From Candidatus Magasanikiibacteriota bacterium (GTDB taxonomy: Bacteria; Patescibacteriota; Patescibacteriia; Magasanikbacterales; UBA922), in assembly GCA_018652595.1 (NCBI GenBank), contig JABIBU010000022.1:50346-114345 (forward strand): a stretch of DNA of 64,000 nt, given 5' to 3'. The first letter of the stretch is position 1. Every line of letters starts with the position of its first letter. The notes below the pieces were generated by a model. It worked only from the letters and a program-made list of their open reading frames with translations, ran no database searches and had not been told where the DNA came from. Below, one piece after another: positions 53,004-61,600 of this stretch. The position numbers were made by a program, and so were the translations under genes.

Positions 53004-53021
53004 GCCGAGGTAGCTCAGGGG
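53004..53021 (+). pseudogene. duplicated 5' fragment of tRNA-Phe
   Basis: GCCGAGGTAGCTCAGGGG is identical to 53123-53140 and shares the upstream TCTAAAATAAAAA. Confidence 0.75.
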
Positions 53022-53122
53022 CCCGCCCGCAACGCCTGAGCAAGCTCTAAACTTGCGATGGCGGGCGAGCATAGTGTGCCAAAAGACATCTTTTGTAAAA
53101 AAAGTTTAATCTAAAATAAAAA

Positions 53123-53194
53123 GCCGAGGTAGCTCAGGGGTAGAGCAGTGGACTGAAAATCCTCGTGTCGGCGGTTCAAATCCGCCCCTCGGCA
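53123..53194 (+). tRNA. tRNA-Phe(GAA)
   Basis: GCCGAGG/CCTCGGC acceptor stem, CTGAAAA loop. Confidence 0.95.
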
Positions 53195-53313
53195 CTAGGG
53201 CTTCGTTTGTCTTTCAACAAACTATGCCCTATAAATTTATTCCGTTTTAATTATAGCTACGACCTGTAACTGAGTTTACGATGCGTAGTCCTGATTAAAA
53301 CAGGACGAAGCAT

Positions 53314-53387
53314 CGGAGTGTAGCTCAGTTGGCTAGAGCACTGCGTTTGGGACGCAGGGGTCGAAGGTTCAAGTCCTTTCACTCCGA
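53314..53387 (+). tRNA. tRNA-Pro(TGG)
   Basis: CGGAGTG/CACTCCG acceptor stem, CTGCG-TTTGGGA-CGCAG; terminator at 53391-53418. Confidence 0.95.
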
Positions 53388-53440
53388 CGAAAAAACTTCC
53401 TTAAATAGGAAGTTTTTTATTTGTTCTAAAATTTAAAATC

Positions 53441-55141
53441 CTAACTGTCATGCGCCCCCATAGTAAATCTCAACTTCATTTCGTCTTTTTGTTCTTTTTT
53501 CAGTACTTTAAATGTTCTTTTGGTCCAAGGATGGTCCTTCAAAATCTCGGCAACCCACTGACCACCAAGGAGGTGTGGCATCATTACATAATTGGCGCCT
53601 GCTTCGTACAAATCATCCAAGAAAATATTGTGATACAAGTTGGCAACAATTAGTGTTTTACTATTTTGTTTTCTGACATGCTTTATCATATTTTTTTGAT
53701 CATCCGCCTCAGGAATAGTAGATATAATCAATTTTGATTTTTCGATGGGTAAAGAATCCAAAAATTCTACATCTGCTATATCACCAAAAAAAGCTGGGAT
53801 ACCCCTATGCTTGAGACGAGAAATTGCATCTGGATTATAATCAATTACTGCAAATTTTATTTTCTTCTCAGCTAGAGCTTCGCAGACCTTCCAGCCAATC
53901 CTATGATAACCGATAACCCAGACTTTATAGGGATCAACACTTTCCTTGTCCCTGTGCTCCTCTATGCTACCAAACTTATTTAAGAGTGGTAAAATCTTAC
54001 GATATACTTGTTCGTTGTAAGTAATAACATAAGACGACGCAACAATAGTAATCAAAGCCACCATAGTCAAAATAGCCAATTCATTACCGTGTAAATAACC
54101 GGTTTCTTGAGCTTTAAAAATCAAAATAAAGCCAAACTCACTAACCTGAGCAGCTGTAACGCCGGCCAAAAAAGCACTGCGCTTGGTGTACTTAAACCGC
54201 CTCATTACAAAATAAAGGATTACTGGATCAGCCACTAAAACAAAAATTGATAAAACAATTGCAGGGACAAGGGCTGTCTGTATATCACCAAATTGTAATT
54301 CACTACCTAAAACAACAAAAAACAATACAATAAAAAAGTCTCTAAGTGGCTTGATACGACTACTAATTTCTGGCTGATAGACAGACGCACCAAGAGAAAT
54401 ACCGGCAATAATTGCACCAATCTCTATACTAAAGCCTGCCCGATAAACCAAACTAGCGATCCCAAAACACCAAGCAATCGTAAAAATAAAAAGCATCTCT
54501 CCATTCTGAGCAACCTTATCCATTATTTTTGGTAACAGAAACTTTGCCATAAGGAATACAAAAGCTACCAAAAATATTCCTTTTACCAAAACAGATAGAG
54601 CTGTCTCGTACCACACGACTCCATCAACGCCAGAGGTGTTTAAAAAAATCATTATAGAAACTGCAATAATATCCTGTACCAAAAGCAAACCAATAACATA
54701 ACGACCGTAGACTGATTCTAAATCTTTTTTGTCTGATAATAATTTGATTACAATAATGGTACTAGAAAAAGTAACGGCGATTCCTATAAAAAAAGATGTG
54801 ATCAAACCAAAGCCCAATAATTTCATTATCAAAAATCCCAAAACAGCCGTAACTGTAAATTGAATTCCACCACCAACAAATACCGCTTTGCCAACTTTTT
54901 TTATATAATCAAAATTGAGACTAAGTCCCACAATAAACAAAAGCAAGACGATTCCAAATTGAGCAAAAGTTTGAAAGAATTCTTCTCCACCGTGAACGAG
55001 ATTCAAAAATAGAGGCCCAGCAACTAACCCAGCAATAATATACGCCACTATGAGTGGTTGTCTGAGAAAACGTATCACAAAAGCAATACTAACAGTAATG
55101 CCCAATATAATACTAATTTGTAGAAAAATATTTTCTACCAT
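53441..55141 (-). CDS. CPA2 cation:proton antiporter with C-terminal TrkA-N/KTN domain (KefC-like)
   Basis: FSSTIIVIK, LLVQD, QVSEFGFI, IGYHRIG. Confidence 0.9.
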   Translation of the reverse strand: MVENIFLQISIILGITVSIAFVIRFLRQPLIVAYIIAGLVAGPLFLNLVHGGEEFFQTFAQFGIVLLLFIVGLSLNFDYIKKVGKAVFVGGGIQFTVTAVLGFLIMKLLGFGLITSFFIGIAVTFSSTIIVIKLLSDKKDLESVYGRYVIGLLLVQDIIAVSIMIFLNTSGVDGVVWYETALSVLVKGIFLVAFVFLMAKFLLPKIMDKVAQNGEMLFIFTIAWCFGIASLVYRAGFSIEIGAIIAGISLGASVYQPEISSRIKPLRDFFIVLFFVVLGSELQFGDIQTALVPAIVLSIFVLVADPVILYFVMRRFKYTKRSAFLAGVTAAQVSEFGFILIFKAQETGYLHGNELAILTMVALITIVASSYVITYNEQVYRKILPLLNKFGSIEEHRDKESVDPYKVWVIGYHRIGWKVCEALAEKKIKFAVIDYNPDAISRLKHRGIPAFFGDIADVEFLDSLPIEKSKLIISTIPEADDQKNMIKHVRKQNSKTLIVANLYHNIFLDDLYEAGANYVMMPHLLGGQWVAEILKDHPWTKRTFKVLKKEQKDEMKLRFTMGAHDS

Positions 55142-55257
55142 AATCTTATTTTAACACTTATATATTTTTATACCTGAATTATAGCACAAAATTAGTGTTT
55201 TGTCTTTTTTGAAAAATAAAAAAACAGCTGTTAGCTGCTAATAATTATATAAGTCAT

Positions 55258-55290
55258 CTCCAACCGGCGCACTATGTGCGCCGGTTGGAG
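55258..55290. terminator. perfect 15-bp hairpin ending an orphan unit
   Basis: CTCCAACCGGCGCAC-TAT-GTGCGCCGGTTGGAG. Confidence 0.6.
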
Positions 55291-55311
55291 CCTCCGCAAG
55301 CCCGTGGTTCC

Positions 55312-55464
55312 TCAATCCACGAACTCTTCCTCGTCGCTCTTGGTGAGGTGCGCCGGGATTCCTCCTTGCGCCGCCACACAACAATTGACGGGGTGCTCAC
55401 GCGCCCTTCGATCATCATCACTCTCTCGAGTGTCGACACCTTGATTACCGTTATCCTGAGTCAT
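55312..55464 (-). CDS. small hypothetical protein (50 aa, not in ORF track)
   Basis: MTQDNGNQGVDTRESDDDRRAREHPVNCCVAAQGGIPAHLTKSDEEEFVD; GGAGG SD; overlaps the end of the upstream ORF. Confidence 0.45.
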   Translation of the reverse strand: MTQDNGNQGVDTRESDDDRRAREHPVNCCVAAQGGIPAHLTKSDEEEFVD

Positions 55465-55774
55465 CTACTTCCTCCATTTCTGTTTCGACCACCCAGACCT
55501 CCTGGGTTGCCGTTGATTCCTTTTCATTACGAACCATGCGTCGCCCGAGCCCCCAACAAAAAATCGGAATCCAACTCTCGGCGAACTCCTGCGGGCAACG
55601 CGCTGAAAAGGTCCAAGCATGATCGCCCGGAACTTTCACTTCGACCCAGTCAACAGTGCCATCATCCTTCACCGCACCACGGCGAAATAGATTGACACGA
55701 CCATTCTGGGTACTACGCACTACCCTACGAACCCCCATGGCTCGATGAGCAATAAAAAACTGGATACGATCCAT
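55451..55774 (-). CDS. hypothetical protein (GC-richer orphan)
   Basis: 107 aa; G-run SD; TTGACG promoter overlapping the stop of the upstream gene. Confidence 0.6.
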   Translation of the reverse strand: MDRIQFFIAHRAMGVRRVVRSTQNGRVNLFRRGAVKDDGTVDWVEVKVPGDHAWTFSARCPQEFAESWIPIFCWGLGRRMVRNEKESTATQEVWVVETEMEEVDDSG

Positions 55775-55841
55775 ATACCCCCCTTAAAAACGTAAAAAAA
55801 GAAAAGCTCTTATTTATATATACCATAATAAAGCAAAGCCG

Positions 55842-58800
55842 TCAACCCTTTCTACGTTTCACCACCGCCACAGCCACACCAGTCATGCGCCTAGCAAAAC
55901 CTACCACCCCAGCTCCGCGTGCTTTGGCAAAAAGACCTACTAGAATAGAAGTAAGCCCGCCAGCTGTAGCCGTAAGATACTTTTCAACTGTTTCTTTTTT
56001 CTCTTCTCCTTCCTCATTTTCAATTTTTGTTACAAAGCTTTCTGCTACGCCTGTTTTTTTGATATCCTCTTGCGAGCGTGGTAATATTTGATAACCTGTT
56101 TTTGTTTGTGCTAGCAGACCAGAAACTTTGACCAAATCACCCGCCTGTAAAATCTTTTTGTTTATACCTGCTCCCCGTTTGAAATATACTTTTATCTCTT
56201 CAGTTCCATCATCTACATACATATATGAACTTTTTAGCTCTGTTATTTCGCCGCTGACCTGGACCAGCCAACCTTCGTATGGTTCTTGTAGATCAGCTAT
56301 CTCAACTGATTTTGGAACTGGACTAGCCTGATGATCAATTACTTTTATATCACCACGATCAACCAGCTTAATTCTAGTCTCACCATAAGCCTCGGAAATT
56401 TCTCCTGTCACTTCTACCCTATCACCGACCTTCAAGTCTGGGAAATCTTTTTTGTACATGTAAACCTGAACACCAGGACTACCTACTATATAAAAATATT
56501 GTGAACCCAAAACCCCTGGCTCAACCGCCACGATACCTACAACTTTTACCTTGTCCCCAATATCCTCGTCGCGTAATTTTTCCAAAGTTGTATTTATAAT
56601 TGGCTTTATCATTTTTGATTTTGCCCGACTGACTGTTTTTGTTTTTGCAAGAAGCGCCACACTACTAATTATATTTTCTTTTCCAGCCGTAACGGCAGAT
56701 GTCCAAAGCCATTTCTCATTTTCATCAGCAATATAACTAGCACCCTCTAGCACATCATCGTATCTTACTTCTTGTAAGATTGTACCATCGGGATAAAGCA
56801 AACGCACCGAATCACTAGTGTTGTTCAAAGCTAATTTACTGTCTTGCCGACCTACGATAAAATATTCTCCAGGTTGAATAATAGTTCCATTGGGAAAAGT
56901 GTAAGCTCGCGATCCTCCTTCTTCGTCGTCTATCTTTATTCCGGATAGATCTATCTCTTCATCCCCAGAATTATACAATTCAATAAATTCTGTAGTGTCC
57001 GAACCTTCTGGATTGGGAATAAACTCAGATATTTTTATTTTTGAAATATTTCCAGATTCAAAATAACCACCCACAAAATCCAGAACATTTTTAACTGTAA
57101 TAATTACCTGCTTTTCTGAAACATTACCCGAACCATCAGTGGCTTTGAGTTTTACACCATAAACCCCCTCATTATTAAAAATATGCTCCACAACAATACC
57201 CTCATCATTAGTCCCGTCTCCAAAATCCCACTCAAAACTCATTTCTTCTGCTTCTGGGTCAGTCGTATCTGACGCATCAAAAATTACCGATTCACCTTGG
57301 GCAACTTCCGTATCCACATCTATAGAAATTATTGGCGCGGCACTTACTCCCTCTATTATATTTGCCTTGCCAGAGGTGGTCTTAATTGTCCAGGCCCAAG
57401 TACCATCATCTTTGCGTGCATAAGTCTCAGACTCCCCTGCTCTGCCGGCATATTTTACTGAATCAACCAGGCTACTGTTAGTTGAATAAAGTTTTACTTC
57501 ATCACCACCAGTATTATTTAATGCAATTCCAGTCATGGAGCGCTTGAAAACTATAAAATCTCCCGACTTAATACTACCTTGGGTTATTTTATATTTTTTA
57601 GAAGTAGAATCACTCAAAAACCAATTTTTTAAATTAATAGTTTCGCTACCTTCATTTTTTAATTCTATAAACTCATCCTCATTGTCAGATCCGACCGGAT
57701 TTGGCATGATTTCATTTATTTTTATTTGAGCTGATGTAAGAAGTTGCTCGACGACTTCACCACCCTCGGTTACCACAGAGACAATATTACTACTACCCGG
57801 CGTAATAGTAGAAGTTAAGACAAAATCATAGTAATCATTATTACCATCCTGTCCATCAATTTTTCTAATCAGACTTAGTGGATCATCTGGTGCGGGTGCG
57901 TTGTCTGATATGTTTCCATCATCCCATGTACCATAGGTTACTTGGTCGATCTTCGTGCCATCTGGAGCAAATAAAACAATACTATCTCCACTATTATTTA
58001 AATTACCCTTAGGGCTTTCTATTGTTTTAAAACTTCGCACAGAAATATTACCATTCAGATTTGTTTTGCTCTCACCACCATCTTCGATCCACCAGCCAGC
58101 CAAATCTACTGAACTAGCAGTACGATTATATAGCTCGACAAACTCAACAGCCCCATCTGTTGGGTCGCTGACGATTTCATTTATAACAACCTCGGATCGA
58201 CTATAGGTCACCGTAGGAGCAGGCTCTACTGTTCCACCTCCACCCCCTCCAGAACTTGGCACGGAGACTACTGGTGCAGCTATTTGATTACTTGCACCTT
58301 TTGTAACTGTAGTAGTTTCAGCAAAATCATTTTTATTATTTCCAGTGTTTTGTCCATTTATAATTCTAGCTATTGAATTTGGATCACTTACTGCTAATGC
58401 ATTGTCTGATGTGTCACCATCATCCCAATCTCCGTAACTAACAGAATCAACAATTTCATCTAAATCATTTTTTAAAATAATTATATCACCACTATTATTT
58501 AACTTGCTTGAACTTAGTTCTATTACAAAAAACCCACCGGCTTCTATTGTGCTAGTAGGCGAAGCAATACTGCCCATACCGTCGTATAATTTCCAACCTG
58601 TCAAATCAATACTTGAGGTGGTTGGATTATAAATTTCAATCCATTCATTCTCTCCTGACACGGGATCAGACACAAACTCATTAATAATTAAACCCGAAGT
58701 TGTAGTAGCTACAGCTTCGGGCTCTTCTTCTTTCTCAGATTCAACTAGCACACCCAAACTAGTAGAGGCAAAAGCTCCGTCATCATCTTCTATATTTAAA

Positions 58801-59561
58801 ATTAAATTAAAAGTCCCAGTCGTTGTAAAAATATAATTTAAAATACCACTACCACCAACTGAGACACCATCCAATAACCACTCGTAACTTGAAATAATTC
58901 CGTCTAGATCAGACGAATCACTCGCATCAAACATTGCTTCCTGATCTATATACGCTGTTGAACTACCAGCAATTACAGCCGTCGGAATCTGATTCTCTTC
59001 CGTGTCTTCCGTGTTCCAATAGTTTGGCTGTCCAGCAGTATGTGAGCTGACATGCTCTTGCCAATTATTTTCATCTGTAATTAATTCTGCTGAATCTTTT
59101 CTCTCCAAAGAAAAATTAGAAATTGCCTGATAAGTAAATTGTTCTGTTAGATCGCCCGCAGAATTTTTCAGAGCAATCTCTTCTCCGCTTTTATTTAGAG
59201 TGCCCCAAGAAGAATCAAAAACCGTACTAGTAACATCTGGATTATCCTCAAAAAAATAAAGATCGTTTTGTACGATCAATGCATATTCCCCAGATTGTAT
59301 TATAAAATCTTGTTCTGTACTAGATGACGCCAGACTCAAACTATGATTTGTCTCATCTTCATAAAATTTCCAACCTGTTACATCTGTGGCCACTGTTCCC
59401 TTATTGTAAATCTCAATCCACTGGTGACCACTGCTGGCACACCCTGTTGAGCATATTTCATTTATTACAATATCTGAATTTTCTGAACGAACTGAATTAA
59501 AAAATAAAAAAATCGCCATTACAAAAACGACGAATAAGATCGTAGGCTTAAAATTTTTCAT
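55842..59561 (-). CDS. large surface protein: about 5 lamin-tail domains, 2 PKD domains, 2 OB folds, C-terminal anchor
   Basis: Repeated INE...EWIE/EFIELYN...L.GW...LNNSGD; FDAS.S.D PKD motifs; GDRVEVTG OB folds; signal peptide. Confidence 0.88.
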   Translation of the reverse strand: MKNFKPTILFVVFVMAIFLFFNSVRSENSDIVINEICSTGCASSGHQWIEIYNKGTVATDVTGWKFYEDETNHSLSLASSSTEQDFIIQSGEYALIVQNDLYFFEDNPDVTSTVFDSSWGTLNKSGEEIALKNSAGDLTEQFTYQAISNFSLERKDSAELITDENNWQEHVSSHTAGQPNYWNTEDTEENQIPTAVIAGSSTAYIDQEAMFDASDSSDLDGIISSYEWLLDGVSVGGSGILNYIFTTTGTFNLILNIEDDDGAFASTSLGVLVESEKEEEPEAVATTTSGLIINEFVSDPVSGENEWIEIYNPTTSSIDLTGWKLYDGMGSIASPTSTIEAGGFFVIELSSSKLNNSGDIIILKNDLDEIVDSVSYGDWDDGDTSDNALAVSDPNSIARIINGQNTGNNKNDFAETTTVTKGASNQIAAPVVSVPSSGGGGGGTVEPAPTVTYSRSEVVINEIVSDPTDGAVEFVELYNRTASSVDLAGWWIEDGGESKTNLNGNISVRSFKTIESPKGNLNNSGDSIVLFAPDGTKIDQVTYGTWDDGNISDNAPAPDDPLSLIRKIDGQDGNNDYYDFVLTSTITPGSSNIVSVVTEGGEVVEQLLTSAQIKINEIMPNPVGSDNEDEFIELKNEGSETINLKNWFLSDSTSKKYKITQGSIKSGDFIVFKRSMTGIALNNTGGDEVKLYSTNSSLVDSVKYAGRAGESETYARKDDGTWAWTIKTTSGKANIIEGVSAAPIISIDVDTEVAQGESVIFDASDTTDPEAEEMSFEWDFGDGTNDEGIVVEHIFNNEGVYGVKLKATDGSGNVSEKQVIITVKNVLDFVGGYFESGNISKIKISEFIPNPEGSDTTEFIELYNSGDEEIDLSGIKIDDEEGGSRAYTFPNGTIIQPGEYFIVGRQDSKLALNNTSDSVRLLYPDGTILQEVRYDDVLEGASYIADENEKWLWTSAVTAGKENIISSVALLAKTKTVSRAKSKMIKPIINTTLEKLRDEDIGDKVKVVGIVAVEPGVLGSQYFYIVGSPGVQVYMYKKDFPDLKVGDRVEVTGEISEAYGETRIKLVDRGDIKVIDHQASPVPKSVEIADLQEPYEGWLVQVSGEITELKSSYMYVDDGTEEIKVYFKRGAGINKKILQAGDLVKVSGLLAQTKTGYQILPRSQEDIKKTGVAESFVTKIENEEGEEKKETVEKYLTATAGGLTSILVGLFAKARGAGVVGFARRMTGVAVAVVKRRKG

Positions 59562-59698
59562 ATCCCCCTAGTTAAGATTTAAAAAATATATCTTTTTCCC
59601 AATTAATGGGATTATTTTTTATATTCTTATCATTATACCACTTAAAAAACAAAAAACCCACCTCTCGGTGGGTTTTGATATCTAAAAAATCTATGACT

Positions 59699-60760
59699 CT
59701 ATTTCTCTACACTCTCCTTCTCACCTGGTTTTCCTTCTTCCTCATCTGGTGCGTCACCCTGCTTTACTGCCTCCCAAATTTTGGCTTTAATTTCTTTCAT
59801 CAATTTTGTATTCTCTCTCAAATACATTTTTGCTTTTTCGCGACCGACCCCAAACTTTTCTTCGCCATAAGAATAGCTGTTGCCAGACTTATTAATAATC
59901 TTGTGTTCAATGCCGGCATCCAGCAAATCACCCGACAGAGAAATTCCTTCGTTGTACATAATATCAAACTCGGTAGTTTTAAACGGAGCAGCTACTTTAT
60001 TTTTCACCACCTTAGCTTTTACACGATTACCAATAATTTTATCGCCTTGTTTAATCTGAGCACGACGACGAACTTCAATCCTTACCGAACAATAAAACTT
60101 TAGAGCATTACCACCGGAAGTGGTCTCTGGACTACCAAAGAATACTCCAATCTTGTGCCTGATTTGATTTATAAAAATAACAATTGTATTTGATTTACTA
60201 ACAACACCTGTCAACTTGCGCAAAGCCTGAGACATTAGCCTAGCTTGCAATCCCATATGTGAATCACCCATGTCACCATCAATTTCCTTTTGTGGGACAA
60301 GAGCAGCTACTGAATCTACTACCACCACATCCACAGCATTGGAACGAACAAGGGTCTCCAAAATCTCCAGAGCTTGTTCACCGGTATCTGGCTGAGAAAT
60401 AAGCAAATTATCCACATCCACGCCTATTTTCTTAGCATAGTCGGGATCTAGTGCATGCTCGGCATCAATAAATGCTGCGATACCACCCTCTTTTTGGACC
60501 TCTGATATAATGTGCTGGGCTAATGTAGTCTTACCACTAGCTTCTGGACCAAAAATCTCAATAATACGCCCCCTAGGCACACCACCAACCCCTAGTGCGA
60601 TGTCCAGTGTTATTGAGCCAGTAGAAACAGCAGGGACTTGCATGGCCCTGGCCTCTCCAAATTTCATAATGGCGTTTTCACCATATTTTTGTCTAATTTG
60701 ATCAATTGCAGTCTGTGCCACTTCCAATTTTATCTTGCTTTCTTCTTTATTTTTGGCCAT
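59699..60760 (-). CDS. recA: recombinase A
   Basis: [36 protein letters not shown]. Confidence 0.99.
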   Translation of the reverse strand: MAKNKEESKIKLEVAQTAIDQIRQKYGENAIMKFGEARAMQVPAVSTGSITLDIALGVGGVPRGRIIEIFGPEASGKTTLAQHIISEVQKEGGIAAFIDAEHALDPDYAKKIGVDVDNLLISQPDTGEQALEILETLVRSNAVDVVVVDSVAALVPQKEIDGDMGDSHMGLQARLMSQALRKLTGVVSKSNTIVIFINQIRHKIGVFFGSPETTSGGNALKFYCSVRIEVRRRAQIKQGDKIIGNRVKAKVVKNKVAAPFKTTEFDIMYNEGISLSGDLLDAGIEHKIINKSGNSYSYGEEKFGVGREKAKMYLRENTKLMKEIKAKIWEAVKQGDAPDEEEGKPGEKESVEK

Positions 60761-60921
60761 ATCTTTAAATGATTATATTTATTACTAAGTCGTCTTTTAG
60801 ACTTTTTTATTTATTTGCCCCACTAACTTTCCTATTCATTGTTATATAGTTTAATATAAAAAGTGAGGGTATACACTCCTCACTTCATAGAATACATTGT
60901 TTTAAAAGGGGTGTCAAATGC

Positions 60922-61596
60922 CTAATTATCCTCAATTTTGAGCGTAACGTGACGCACCTCCCTGGTAGTTTTACCGTGTTTTTTTCTAGCCTCGATTGTC
61001 AGAGTGTTCACCCCAGGAGACAAATCTATAACTTCTTCAAAATTACCCTCTTCGTCAGTGCCAATGTCCTTTCCGTTGAGTGATACACTGACCTCTTTGT
61101 CTGTCTCACCATTCAACACCATAGACATTTCATTTGTTATGAAACCTTGTGGAGGTGAGTAGACTTCCAATCTTGGTGGTTCTACTATATTTTTTACTTG
61201 CATGCCTAGATAAAAAAACAAAGAAAGTAAAAATATAATCACAAAACCATAACGTAAAAATGCAGGCAGGTCATGCAAATAATTTCTTTTCACTTCTTTG
61301 TTTGGGTGAACCATTTTCTTTTTTTTGTCTGACTCTTCAGACAAGTATTGCTGTAAGTAAGGACCTGGATCAATAGACAAGGCCTCTAAATAGCTTTTTA
61401 CAAAATTTTTTTGATAGATTTCTGCTTTTGGCAAATCCTGAAACCGGCATTCCTCCAGAGCTTGCAAAAAATCCTTACTTATCTTGGTTTTTTTTGATAA
61501 CCTCTCCAAACTAAAACCACAACTCTCTCTCGCCTCTTTCAAACGAAGACAAACTCTCTTTGGTGGGTTTAGTTTTTTTTTCTTGAAAACTGACAT
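60922..61596 (-). CDS. RodZ-like XRE HTH membrane protein with C-terminal Ig-like domain
   Basis: LKEARE..G.SLE.LS..TKI...FLQALE; single TM; located between ftsK and recA. Confidence 0.8.
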   Translation of the reverse strand: MSVFKKKKLNPPKRVCLRLKEARESCGFSLERLSKKTKISKDFLQALEECRFQDLPKAEIYQKNFVKSYLEALSIDPGPYLQQYLSEESDKKKKMVHPNKEVKRNYLHDLPAFLRYGFVIIFLLSLFFYLGMQVKNIVEPPRLEVYSPPQGFITNEMSMVLNGETDKEVSVSLNGKDIGTDEEGNFEEVIDLSPGVNTLTIEARKKHGKTTREVRHVTLKIEDN

Positions 61597-61600
61597 AAAT

